A stretch of DNA of 64,000 nucleotides, from contig OZ025785.1 of the NCBI GenBank assembly GCA_964019425.1, positions 1,426,001 to 1,490,000 of the forward strand, read 5' to 3'. The notes below the pieces were generated by a model. That model worked only from the letters and a program-made list of their open reading frames with translations, was not told the DNA's origin and did no database searches. Every line of letters begins with the position of its first letter. The stretch's first letter is position 1. Source of the DNA: Flectonema sp. DT1601. Its lineage: Eukaryota. Position numbers and translations under genes: made by a program. Below, in pieces: positions 12,928-23,397 of this stretch.

Positions 12928-13068
12928 CTCTCTTTTCTATTTTCTATTCCCTTGGGATACGGCACTGCTTTGAAATAGTAGTTCGTTAGCTTTTGTTTTG
13001 TTTTTGGGTACCATCCTATACCCACTACCGCCTGTGAGTTACCTATCACTAACAACGTTTGGAGTAAA

Positions 13069-13253
13069 TAACTACTCATTCAAGAAGAACGAATATTCGC
13101 TGTAGAGGGCTGGGTGAGGGGAATGTTCCGAAGAAAGATTGTTTTTAATCTTAGCCCGAAACCAACTTGTTTGTTGTCCTACGAAATTTTGCTTTTTTTT
13201 GATTGAACTGATAATTATTAATACTAACTACTCATTCAAGAATAACGAATATT
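13069..13253. repeat. 29-bp direct repeat pair (13069-13097, 13225-13253)
   Basis: taactactcattcaagaa(g/t)aacgaatatt occurs twice with one mismatch, 156 bp apart. Confidence 0.85.
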
Positions 13254-13325
13254 AATCACTGAAGTTTGCCCGCATTGTTTTTTTTTCATAATAGGATGAT
13301 AATAAGAAAAATGTAAAGTCTAGAG

Positions 13326-14480
13326 ATGGCTTCATTAGTTGAAGTTCGTTATGTACTTAATGAAGAACAAATATTTGAATGGAATGAAGAAGGTCAAAGT
13401 TATTTGATACCAACTGGGATAGTTTCAAATCCGAACACCGATGAGACTAAAGTAATAAAAGAAGTAACTTGTAAAGAGTGTCATCCGATTGCCTTTAACG
13501 TCCTCCGTGAGATTGATGAGAAAAACCGAATTTTAAAAACTGCGATCCCAAAACCTCCATCAGGCAATGTCATTCCCGGAGATCGTAAATTACAATTAAA
13601 AAGAAAACACGAAGCTGATTGGATCTCCCCGACTATGATGATGGAAAACATGCTTCCAGACAGTCAGACACCTGACGAATCAGAACAGTGCAACACTATT
13701 GAATCTTATGGTATTTATTCAAGAGGTCTTGAGACTCCAATTGCGTTAAATAATCTAAACGGATTAGGACTGATACGAGTCGTGAAGCAACACCTTCGAA
13801 TGCACGAAGATGACAACAGACATATACTAGTTAGCGCACCTCAGGAACATTCTGGGGAAACACCCGGGTATTTAGGTTTTGAGGAATTCACTTCACTTTG
13901 TAAAGATTTTTGTAAAATTCGAGACCAATCAATCATCAGCATGTCGTGGAGTATATTCACGAGGGGTTCTAACAACACTCAACTTGTTCTTTCGGAATTT
14001 CTTGAGGAAATTAAACAGCAGCTTGCGCACAAGGCGATTGTATCTCTCTTTGCGAAGACGTGTTTTTCACTTTTTGATCCAGAGGGTACTGGTCAAATCC
14101 GTCGATTTAACCTTTTGTGGCCCCCTCCTGAACACACCTTATTATTGTCTCCTTCTCAACTTCATCGTTTGCGGAGGATCTTCGAAGATAGCGACGTGTA
14201 TGAGTTGTCATTTTATGGATTTTGTCATTTATTACGAACAGACACGGAGCTGCTATCAGTCTTTATTGGAATATTGTTCTCAATTATGAAAGTTCCTCTT
14301 CGTCAGATAAAAGGAAGAGGGAAGTCCCAATATCGACGTTCTCGTAGTCGCCATCAGTCTCAAGGTCGCTGGTCAATGATCAGTCGTGAGTCATCAAAAG
14401 GGAGTTTGATGTCAATGTCACCACCGTCTAGTTGGGTCACTTTTCCTTCACGGAAATCTCGATCAAAAAGAGTCATGTAA
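13326..14480 (+). CDS. Hypothetical protein with a degenerate EF-hand region
   Basis: 384-aa ORF. 'CFSLFDPEGTGQIRR' is EF-hand-loop-like and is flanked by 'LGFEEF', 'LSEFLEE' and 'LSFYGF' helices. Confidence 0.7.
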   Translation: MASLVEVRYVLNEEQIFEWNEEGQSYLIPTGIVSNPNTDETKVIKEVTCKECHPIAFNVLREIDEKNRILKTAIPKPPSGNVIPGDRKLQLKRKHEADWISPTMMMENMLPDSQTPDESEQCNTIESYGIYSRGLETPIALNNLNGLGLIRVVKQHLRMHEDDNRHILVSAPQEHSGETPGYLGFEEFTSLCKDFCKIRDQSIISMSWSIFTRGSNNTQLVLSEFLEEIKQQLAHKAIVSLFAKTCFSLFDPEGTGQIRRFNLLWPPPEHTLLLSPSQLHRLRRIFEDSDVYELSFYGFCHLLRTDTELLSVFIGILFSIMKVPLRQIKGRGKSQYRRSRSRHQSQGRWSMISRESSKGSLMSMSPPSSWVTFPSRKSRSKRVM

Positions 14481-14680
14481 CCTTCTTGTTAAGCTTTCAC
14501 TTACACTAATTATTGCTGTATTTACATGCGGCATACCGACGAGACTAGTCAGATTATTACAATTATTACTTCACCTTATCAGGTTGGTTAGATGTGATTG
14601 GTAACGGCGATCATGTTTTGATTTTCTAAACAAGGAAATGAAACTTTACATCCTATCAGCTTACACAATACTACCGCGAT

Positions 14681-14911
14681 ATGAGTGAGCCTGCCTCTCA
14701 CAGTGTTGGTGGAGGAGGAACCATTTCATCATCGACAGTTCGATCACCAGTTTGTCTTCACGATAAATGTATTCGACTTCACGGATGTACTGCAAGAGAG
14801 AATGCGAGTCAAACAGGAAAGTGTTTAATGACAATTGATGGACATAGTCTTCATGTTGGTTATGATGAGTTTTGCAGCTGGAAGAAGAAAACTGGGACAT
14901 GCAGTCCCTGA
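14681..14911 (+). CDS. Possible small Cys-rich hypothetical protein (76 aa)
   Basis: ATG-initiated ORF with coding-like composition and 6 Cys, on the gene-bearing strand; no recognisable family. Confidence 0.35.
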   Translation: MSEPASHSVGGGGTISSSTVRSPVCLHDKCIRLHGCTARENASQTGKCLMTIDGHSLHVGYDEFCSWKKKTGTCSP

Positions 14912-15177
14912 GTTTTATTATGCCTCACACCCCTATTATTATTAATAAATCTAATCTTAGGCAGTGAGTCGGGATGTTAATTTACATTTTAATGAGCTTG
15001 TTGAACCGATTAAAAAAACAGGAAACAAATTACAAATGTTTTACGTTATTTTTTTTTTTTTTTTTAGTAGCTTTTTGTTTACTTATATTTGTGGTATACA
15101 CTTATTTCTGTAAACCAGATAAGATGGGACCGATTCTTCGAAAATAAAAAAATGAATTCCAACAAACTCAAGAGAAG

Positions 15178-18100
15178 ATGAATCCTGTTCCAAGGCCTCC
15201 AATTGACGAGTCGTATTCACGTAGACTCAATCGTCCATTCGGAAGATCAAAATTAAATGATTTCGATATTAGTTTCGCTACAACAAAATCTTCTTTATTA
15301 GAATCTTCTTTTATTAATCAACCTGACGAACATAAATTAAATCCTGAAATCTACTTCATCACCAACGGACTGTCACAGAATCAAACAATCAATCGTGAAC
15401 GTTGTAGAAGCGGTGATAGAGTTTTCGTTCAGCTAAATGATAATGAAGAATGGTACCAAGGAGTTATAGTAAGAAATACTCAACCTCCACATGTGTTTAT
15501 TCAAGGCTTTGATTCAGAACCGACGTGTAGATTTGTAACTTTATTGTTAAATCGTTGGGAGGATCCTTGTCGAGAAGTGACACGAATCATTAATAACCAC
15601 ATTAAGAATAATAAAATGAAATTAGTTTTGAATGATTTTAAAGAGATTGCGAATTGTCCTTCACTGCAACCGACGTCCCCAACATGGAATACTGTTGTTC
15701 GTATTTCTGGAATCAACAAACATCTTGGAATTTCTCATAATCACTTAGTTACATGCGGTGGTAGGTTTCCCCACACTGAAAACTATGCTGAAGAAGTAGA
15801 GATCCGTGAGCTTGCATCCTACGCAGAGGCGAACAGAATCATTCCTGCAGTCGAACCCCCTAGTCCTAAACGAGAACCCAAGAACAATAAATTTCAAAAA
15901 AGGAAAACCCGCACTACTTACAACACTGCTAAACCCTTTGTAGAAAAAATTGTAAAAAAAGTTGTAACGGACTACGAGAAAGAAGAATCATTTCTCAACA
16001 CTCGCAATATCAAGCGAATGACTTCAGAGGAGTTCTTCAAAGTATCAAAGAGACTCCACCAATACGAACCAATGGATTTAGAAAGATTAAAACAAATAGT
16101 TGAATACAAAAACATGAAACACAACAACAGAAATAGACACCTACAGGGAGATTCATGGCTGAATGTCAGGGGGTGTCCTTATTGTTTGGGGAACCACAGC
16201 TGGGCACCTGGGGACTATGTTTGTAATGAGAGTTATAAAAAACTAAAAATTCCGTTCATTACATACAAAGGACCGGCAGTAAAGCAACTTCGATATAAAC
16301 ATCGACCTCCAGAACCACCTTCTGAGGTTGTGGTCAGTAGTGCTCCTCCTCCAGCAACTGCACTTCGCGGACTCAATTCAGCTCATGTTTCCTACGCAGC
16401 TAAAAAAGAAGCCCGTGAAAAACTTAACAGAAAACAACGAATACAAAAAAAGGAAGAAGAACCGGAAAAGACGACAAACAAGTCCCGCTGGGAGAGGATT
16501 TCAAACACTGATACCGTCATAGACTTTAAAAATATATCGAAAAAGTCTTCGTTGTGTATCTTAACACCCGATGACTACAAAACATTAAATTGTAAAGACC
16601 AAGGAAAGTCTTTAATAGAATTAGCTTCTGGGTGTGCTCGAGTATTTAGGTACACGTGGCCTGATGTTGTTATAACTGTTTCTATGTTGCGAATGTCAAG
16701 TTCCTATTTAAGAAGCTACCCTGATGGTGATGAACTTCTCATTGAAAAATCTCTCATTGATCATTCAGTCATAACTCATGATACCTGGCAATCAGTCTGT
16801 GAACAAATTGAGAATAGTGCTATTCATCCTGCCAGAATTGTTTTACGTAAGTGCAGTTGTTTCTTGATACTAAAAATGCTTCAAAATAATAAAACTGTCG
16901 GTAAGTCAGTCCCTGAGGGTATCATTCTGTCTTCCGCACCTATCGAAAATAAAGAAATGAAAATAATTTGTAACATAGCCGTCGAGGCTTGTATTAGTTT
17001 TGTTACACCGAAGATAGCAACGAAGATGGTTCCTACTTGGAATGATGTAATTTTTTCAACGAAAAATAATTTTAAAAATCCTCATGAAGGGGCATCTTCT
17101 CTACAAACAACCATCTTAGAAATTTGTAACAAAAATGTTATAACGGGAATTCAACAAGTTGCAGCAATGGGTTTCATAATACGATATTATTTTGCCCTAT
17201 ATGATGACAGACGAGGTCCAACAGATTCCATTTTATTGACCGGCTGTTCTGTTTACTTAATTCAGACTCCAGAGATCTTCTCACGAGATCGTCTTCAACA
17301 AGAACACGAACAGTTAGACAAACCGTCTATGACTTTATCAGCATATGAAGGGTTTTGGAGATTACGAAATTACAATCAGCAGAACATCTCTCGCATTCCG
17401 ATGTATGAGGGAAGTAGAATTCTCATCCCGAAGGTTTCACGCGACATAGTCTCGTGTGTTCAACGAAGGAAAAACAATAAAATGGCTCACGCGAAACAAG
17501 AGTCTTGGCAGGTTGGTACCTTATGTCGAATTCCTAATTCTAATAAACTTTGCGTTCGAGATGAGTCTGGTATGATGTATGAAAAGCTATCGTCAGTACG
17601 AAGCCCTTGGGCTAGTCAGTTTTTTGAGTTCTTCTCTCAAGCTCACTTCAACTTACAAACACTCAACGTCCCGATTGAATATTATGATACTAAAAGACAG
17701 TTGTTGTTGGCTAGGCTTTTCTGGAGCTTTTTTGCTACAGGGGAGGCGTTGACGAAGGAACTATTCCCAGACTTTGAACTCTGGGTAGCACACAATGCCG
17801 ATGATGGAACAGAATGGTTCAGTATTGAGAACCTCCTACACGTAACATACAGAGACTGGTTACATCAAAATCACTGTGAAACACCAATACCAATTGTTAA
17901 GAATCATATTATAATTACAACAGAAGATAGCTGTGTGTTGTTAGTTGTACTCTCTGCTGCTGTATTGACCAACAGAATTAATGCTTTCTTCTTAATGCAA
18001 GGAACACATTGGGATACAAAGGCTCGGTATTCACGTAAGGTTGAAATTACATCTCAGGCATTACTCTCTCTGTGTTCTTGTGAGACTTCTGATGATTACT

Positions 18101-18297
18101 TTCTGGCAGTTCCTGGTGAAGATGCTCTCCATGCTGTTAAAAATGAATCAAATATTAGTAAGAATCAATTGAAGTGTTGGGTAGAAACAACCACTCACAG
18201 TGTTGGAGACACTGCATTTGGTAAGAAGATGTATCAAACTATACCACGTTTTGATAAAGGTTCAGATGTATTTCGTGGGTTTCACAGATACGTCTAA
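15178..18297 (+). CDS. Large hypothetical protein (1039 aa) with possible Tudor/SH3-like segments
   Basis: Long uninterrupted ORF. 'GDRVFVQLNDNEEWYQGVIV' is Tudor-like; 'CPYCLGNH...C' is a possible zinc knuckle. Confidence 0.75.
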   Translation: MNPVPRPPIDESYSRRLNRPFGRSKLNDFDISFATTKSSLLESSFINQPDEHKLNPEIYFITNGLSQNQTINRERCRSGDRVFVQLNDNEEWYQGVIVRNTQPPHVFIQGFDSEPTCRFVTLLLNRWEDPCREVTRIINNHIKNNKMKLVLNDFKEIANCPSLQPTSPTWNTVVRISGINKHLGISHNHLVTCGGRFPHTENYAEEVEIRELASYAEANRIIPAVEPPSPKREPKNNKFQKRKTRTTYNTAKPFVEKIVKKVVTDYEKEESFLNTRNIKRMTSEEFFKVSKRLHQYEPMDLERLKQIVEYKNMKHNNRNRHLQGDSWLNVRGCPYCLGNHSWAPGDYVCNESYKKLKIPFITYKGPAVKQLRYKHRPPEPPSEVVVSSAPPPATALRGLNSAHVSYAAKKEAREKLNRKQRIQKKEEEPEKTTNKSRWERISNTDTVIDFKNISKKSSLCILTPDDYKTLNCKDQGKSLIELASGCARVFRYTWPDVVITVSMLRMSSSYLRSYPDGDELLIEKSLIDHSVITHDTWQSVCEQIENSAIHPARIVLRKCSCFLILKMLQNNKTVGKSVPEGIILSSAPIENKEMKIICNIAVEACISFVTPKIATKMVPTWNDVIFSTKNNFKNPHEGASSLQTTILEICNKNVITGIQQVAAMGFIIRYYFALYDDRRGPTDSILLTGCSVYLIQTPEIFSRDRLQQEHEQLDKPSMTLSAYEGFWRLRNYNQQNISRIPMYEGSRILIPKVSRDIVSCVQRRKNNKMAHAKQESWQVGTLCRIPNSNKLCVRDESGMMYEKLSSVRSPWASQFFEFFSQAHFNLQTLNVPIEYYDTKRQLLLARLFWSFFATGEALTKELFPDFELWVAHNADDGTEWFSIENLLHVTYRDWLHQNHCETPIPIVKNHIIITTEDSCVLLVVLSAAVLTNRINAFFLMQGTHWDTKARYSRKVEITSQALLSLCSCETSDDYFLAVPGEDALHAVKNESNISKNQLKCWVETTTHSVGDTAFGKKMYQTIPRFDKGSDVFRGFHRYV

Positions 18298-18519
18298 TAA
18301 TGAGCAACCGTCATTTACACATTCTGTCAGTAGGCTTTACAGCCTTTTTCGAGTTTTGTATTTGTTGCTGCGTTTTGATGATTTCATTTCTCTCTTCAGA
18401 ATGCTCACACATTATTGAATGGTGGTGTTCGATTGTGTTTACAGTTGTAGGTTAATTTATTTTCTTCGGTTACTTATATTAAAAAAACAGTTCTTTTTGT
18501 CAGGACGCTATTTCTAAAA

Positions 18520-18813
18520 ATGCCGTCGCTGATGAGCGGGTCTCGCCTCAGCCCGCTCATGATAGCAATGGGAGACGAGCCTTCAACTCCAGCAGTGAAG
18601 TTATCAAATTACCATTCTATTGCTGGATATTCTGATGGAAAAGTTACGTCTTCGAGAGTAGTATTTAAACCTGTTGGGAGATTGAGAACACCAACATCGA
18701 TACTTCTCAAAGATATCATTTCACCCGGAGCTGGTCGTATCGGATTACCACCATCATCAGTTGCTTTAATGAAGTTACCTGGAACACAGTTACCCAAACA
18801 TGTGCCACGTTGA
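18520..18813 (+). CDS. Small hypothetical protein (97 aa)
   Basis: ATG follows a pyrimidine-rich acceptor (ttctttttgtcag, ending 18503) in A-rich context; coding-like GC content. Confidence 0.5.
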   Translation: MPSLMSGSRLSPLMIAMGDEPSTPAVKLSNYHSIAGYSDGKVTSSRVVFKPVGRLRTPTSILLKDIISPGAGRIGLPPSSVALMKLPGTQLPKHVPR

Positions 18814-19149
18814 TGTGAAAAGTCAGTAGAGGTCTTGTCACCCAACCCAACAGGTTGCTTTTCCTTATTTAATTAAAAGAATGAATGCAGCCTTCTACAA
18901 TAGGTTATGTGTCGTGGTTTAAATGACACCTTTACAAGAATATTACACGGTTTCGTTCGCTTCACTTCGCTATCTACACGTTTAGTGATTAGTTTCAGTT
19001 AGTTTCTCTTCTGTGTTGTGTAATTTATATATTTAACCCTCAGAAACTAATAGGATGGTTAGCGTCAGAGGGATTCAGTATTTTTCAGTTTCATCATAAC
19101 GAGTGATGACCTAATTATTTACACATTGACAGGTAAGTAACTTAAAGAA

Positions 19150-20691
19150 ATGCCGAGCTTAGCACACTTATCAGCACTGCTCTGCTGTGCTGGGGCTGTA
19201 CAGCTTCCTCGTTTATCTCTGAAGGAGACAACTGCGAGAGGAGGCTCACAGCATGTGTTGGTTGATGACATGGGAAGAGAAGTGTTCTTGCACGGTGCGA
19301 ATGCTGTAGTGAAGGGTCCTCCATATGTTCCTTCTCGTGATGGTTATGACAACAAGACTAGTTTAGTAAAAGAAGATTTCATTACGATGCAGAGAAGTGG
19401 TATCAACTTCATAAGACTTGGTGTCATGTGGCCAGGACTTGAACCAATTGAAGGACAGTACAACATGACGTACCTTCAACTTATTGAAGACATCGTTCAA
19501 GAGGCTGCCGAGTATGGAATCTACACTCTCGCTGATATGCATCAAGACGACTTATCAGAGCGTTACTGTGGAGAAGGAATTCCATTGTGGGCAGCACAGG
19601 GAGAAGAGCTGGTTGAGTTCCCAATTCCTGTGAAGGCAGAACGCTACAAACTGGATGGTAAGAAAATGCCGACCAGACAGGAATGTGCTAAGGGGAATTG
19701 GCCGAGCTACTACGCAAGTGCTGCGTGCAGTAGTGCCTTTGAGAAATTATATACTGATGAGAAGTTGGTAACTTCATGGTCGAACTTCTGGGCTAAATTG
19801 GCCGAAAGATTCACCGGCAACAGTAACATCCTTGGATACGAACTTATTAATGAACCTTGGGTTGGTGATATCTATAAGAATCCAACACTTCTTATTCCTG
19901 GTGTTGCTGATAAAGAAAGACTCTCCCCAGTGTATGATAAATTGAATACGGCAATCAGAGCACATGATGCCGATGGTTTGATCTTCTTTGCGGGTAACAC
20001 TTGGGACCGTGATGGAGATAAGATTTCAGACAACCTTCCGTGGGGATTCAAACATGCTCCTGGGGGTGCATCTGAAGCGGGTAAAAGTTTAGTTGCATTC
20101 CACTACTACAACCCACCTCAGTTGGCGAAGGATTTTAAGAACTATTTAGAAACCAGACGTCGTGATGCGGAGAAGCTGAAGACAGGAATGTTTCTCACAG
20201 AGACGTTTGCATGGAATGGTGCGACAGAGGTTCTTGAAGAGGCGGAGAGCTTTGGAATCTCGTGGGGTGCGTGGGAGTGGAAAGACTTTTGTAAGGAAAC
20301 TCCTGAAACTCTGAACAGCACCTCTCAGTACGCTGCATTCGGAGCATGTAAGACTGGTTATGGAGGAGTAATCGATAGTACATCAGCAGCTAACACCAGT
20401 AAACACTTGTACACGATTGCTAGGACTTACGCTCCTCAAGTATCTGGATCATTCTTGACTTCGTCATTTAATTCAACCACAGGAGAGTTTTCAGTGCAAT
20501 TCTTGTACTCGAAGTCTGTTTCAGCGCCCACGATGGTTTTCTACTACCCAGACAGGTATCAGTCTCTGAAGATTCAGGTTATTCCTGAGGGATCTTTCAC
20601 ATGGACGAAGGGTATCTTTAACGCAACCTTCTCTGCAGCAGGAAGTACTCCTGATGGTGAGAAGATTACTATTCAGCTGAGTCATCAATAA
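19150..20691 (+). CDS. Glycoside hydrolase family 5, endoglycoceramidase-like, copy 1 (secreted/lysosomal)
   Basis: Signal peptide; VDD.GR...HG.N.V.KGPP, NFIRLGVMWPGLEP, DMHQD, acid/base YELINEPW, HYY, nucleophile FLTE, WEWK, and a C-terminal beta domain after RTYA. Confidence 0.9.
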   Translation: MPSLAHLSALLCCAGAVQLPRLSLKETTARGGSQHVLVDDMGREVFLHGANAVVKGPPYVPSRDGYDNKTSLVKEDFITMQRSGINFIRLGVMWPGLEPIEGQYNMTYLQLIEDIVQEAAEYGIYTLADMHQDDLSERYCGEGIPLWAAQGEELVEFPIPVKAERYKLDGKKMPTRQECAKGNWPSYYASAACSSAFEKLYTDEKLVTSWSNFWAKLAERFTGNSNILGYELINEPWVGDIYKNPTLLIPGVADKERLSPVYDKLNTAIRAHDADGLIFFAGNTWDRDGDKISDNLPWGFKHAPGGASEAGKSLVAFHYYNPPQLAKDFKNYLETRRRDAEKLKTGMFLTETFAWNGATEVLEEAESFGISWGAWEWKDFCKETPETLNSTSQYAAFGACKTGYGGVIDSTSAANTSKHLYTIARTYAPQVSGSFLTSSFNSTTGEFSVQFLYSKSVSAPTMVFYYPDRYQSLKIQVIPEGSFTWTKGIFNATFSAAGSTPDGEKITIQLSHQ

Positions 20692-21585
20692 GTTAGATCT
20701 GCTTTATTATTTAACATACTTCAAATACATTCCTACTCAGTTAGTAATCTCAAGTGTACGCTGTGTGGCATTTATCATTCACCTGTGAAAACCCTCGTTA
20801 GTGGCGGATGTTCGAAATTGTTATATTATATTTTATATTCTTTCCAACATCCTTCGATAGTTTTTTGTTATCAATTTCTAGTGACTCATTTTTTTCCCCC
20901 CTTCCCTCTCTTCCTTTCAAAGACAAGACAAATACGATACGTATGAAAGAGAAGTATGCATTTCTGGTTGTAAATAATCACAGTTGTTGCTGTTGCTATT
21001 TCGATTGCACACAGTCACCATTGATAATGATTGTCTTCTCCCTTCTTATTGTTCTTATGTTATTTACTTTCTGTGTTACTTCATGGAAATGTAGTCTTTT
21101 TTTTTTTTTTTTTTTTGTTTGTTTTCTCCGTGGATTTATCAACGTATTCTAACTATTGTGAGATAATAGATTCTGTGCACTCTAATTTATTATTGTTCTG
21201 TCTAATAACCAAAACATGATTAGTTAACTAAGATAAAGTCAGATCTATTATTGTCTTCAATAGTGTGTTCCCATTTCCCACTCTTTTGATACGATGAGCC
21301 TTAAACAAGTTCGTTCATGTGACTGTTAACGCGCGTCTTTTGCTTGTTTCCGTATTTCGAAATCTACGTTAAGTCTGCTACGTATCATAATTGATCCCCT
21401 CCGTATGAATAAAGTTTATTTTAGTCACTTAGAACAAGAGAAGCTCAGATAAGATTGAAACATTACAATTTGTTGTTCTCTTGTTTACGACTTCTTTTAT
21501 TTTGAGAATCGTGTCGTTGTGTAGTTGGCTTTGAATGTTTATGTACCTAATTGTTACTGACAGGACCGAATTCAAAATAACGAAA

Positions 21586-21708
21586 ATGTCGCAGCTTGCT
21601 CGGGTTGATAATGCTCGCCATGCATTGAAGACCTACTCTTTTAGAATATTACACGATTTAGTTAGCTTCACTTCGCTATCTACACGTTTAGTGATTAGTT
21701 TCTGTTAG
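21586..21708 (+). pseudogene. Truncated 5' copy of the acyl-CoA dehydrogenase, forming a 40-aa chimeric ORF at the duplication junction
   Basis: MSQLARVDNAR is identical to the start at 24248. The frame then reads into duplicated upstream DNA (HALKTYSFRILHDLVSFTSLSTRLVISFC*). Confidence 0.75.
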
Positions 21709-21855
21709 TTTCTCTTCTGTGTTGTGTAATTTATATATTTAACCCTCAGAAACTAATAGGATGGTTAGCGTCAGAGGGATTCAGTATTTTTCAGTTTCAT
21801 CATAACGAGTGATGACCTAATTATTTACACATTGACAGGTAAGTAACTTAAAGAA

Positions 21856-23397
21856 ATGCCGAGCTTAGCACACTTATCAGCACTGCTCTGCTGTGCTGGG
21901 GCTGTACAGCTTCCTCGTTTATCTCTGAAGGAGACAACTGCGAGAGGAGGCTCACAGCATGTGTTGGTTGATGACACGGGAAGAGAGGTGTTCTTGCACG
22001 GTGCGAATATGATAGTGAAGGGTCCTCCATATGTTCCTTCTCGTGATGGTTATGACAACAAGACTAGTTTAGTAAAAGAAGATTTCATTACGATGCAGAG
22101 AAGTGGTATCAACTTCATAAGACTTGGTGTCATGTGGCCAGGACTTGAACCAATTGAAGGACAGTACAACATGACGTACCTTCAACTTATTGAAGACATC
22201 GTTCAAGAGGCTGCCGAGTATGGAATCTACACTCTCGCTGATATGCATCAAGACGACTTATCAGAGCGTTACTGTGGAGAAGGAATTCCATTGTGGGCAG
22301 CACAGGGAGAAGAGCTGGTTGAGTTCCCAATTCCTGTGAAGGCAGAACGCTACAAACTGGATGGTAAGAAAATGCCGACCAGACAGGAATGTGCTAAGGG
22401 GAATTGGCCGAGCTACTACTCAAGTGCTGCATGCAGTAATGCCTTTGAGAAATTATATACTGATGAGAAGTTGGTAACTTCATGGTCGAACTTCTGGGCT
22501 AAATTGGCCGAAAGATTCACCGGCAACAGTAACATCCTTGGATACGAACTTATTAATGAACCTTGGGTTGGTGATATCTATAAGAATCCAACACTTCTTA
22601 TTCCTGGTGTTGCTGATGAAGAAAGACTCTCCCCAGTGTATGATAAATTGAATACGGCAATCAGAGCACATGATGCCGATGGTTTGATCTTCTTTGCGGG
22701 TAACACTTGGGACCGTGATGGAGATAAGATTTCAGACAACCTTCCGTGGGGATTCAAGCATCCTCCTGGGGGTGCATCTGAAGCAGGTAAAAGTGTGGTT
22801 GCGTTCCATTACTACACCCCACCTCAGTTGGCGAAGGACTTTAAGAGTTACTTCGAAACCAGACGTCGTGATGCGGAGAAGCTGAAGACAGGAATGTTTC
22901 TCACAGAGACAAATGCATGGAATGGTAAGCAGGACGTTCTCGAAGAGGCGGAGAGCTTTGGAATCTCGTGGGGTGCGTGGGAGTGGAAAGACTTGTGTAA
23001 GGAAACTCCTGAAACTCTGAACAGCACCTCTCAGTACGCTGCATTCGGAGCATGTAAGACTGGTTATGGAGGAGTAATCGATAGTACATCAGCAGCTAAC
23101 ACCAACAAATACCTGCACATGATTGCTAGGACTTACGCTCCTCAAGTATCTGGATCATTCTTGACTTCGTCATTTAATTCAACCACAGGAGAGTTTTCAG
23201 TGCAATTCTTGTACTCGAAGTCTGTTTCAGCGCCCACGATGGTTTTCTACTACCCAGACAGGTATCAGTCTCTGAAGATTCAGGTTATTCCTGAGGGATC
23301 TTTCACATGGACGAAGGGTATCTTTAACGCAACCTTCTCTGCAGCAGGAAGTACTCCTGATGGTGAGAAGATTACTATTCAGCTGAGTCATCAATAA
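21856..23397 (+). CDS. Glycoside hydrolase family 5, endoglycoceramidase-like, copy 2
   Basis: Same length (513 aa) and motifs as copy 1; I count 20 amino-acid differences. Confidence 0.9.
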   Translation: MPSLAHLSALLCCAGAVQLPRLSLKETTARGGSQHVLVDDTGREVFLHGANMIVKGPPYVPSRDGYDNKTSLVKEDFITMQRSGINFIRLGVMWPGLEPIEGQYNMTYLQLIEDIVQEAAEYGIYTLADMHQDDLSERYCGEGIPLWAAQGEELVEFPIPVKAERYKLDGKKMPTRQECAKGNWPSYYSSAACSNAFEKLYTDEKLVTSWSNFWAKLAERFTGNSNILGYELINEPWVGDIYKNPTLLIPGVADEERLSPVYDKLNTAIRAHDADGLIFFAGNTWDRDGDKISDNLPWGFKHPPGGASEAGKSVVAFHYYTPPQLAKDFKSYFETRRRDAEKLKTGMFLTETNAWNGKQDVLEEAESFGISWGAWEWKDLCKETPETLNSTSQYAAFGACKTGYGGVIDSTSAANTNKYLHMIARTYAPQVSGSFLTSSFNSTTGEFSVQFLYSKSVSAPTMVFYYPDRYQSLKIQVIPEGSFTWTKGIFNATFSAAGSTPDGEKITIQLSHQ

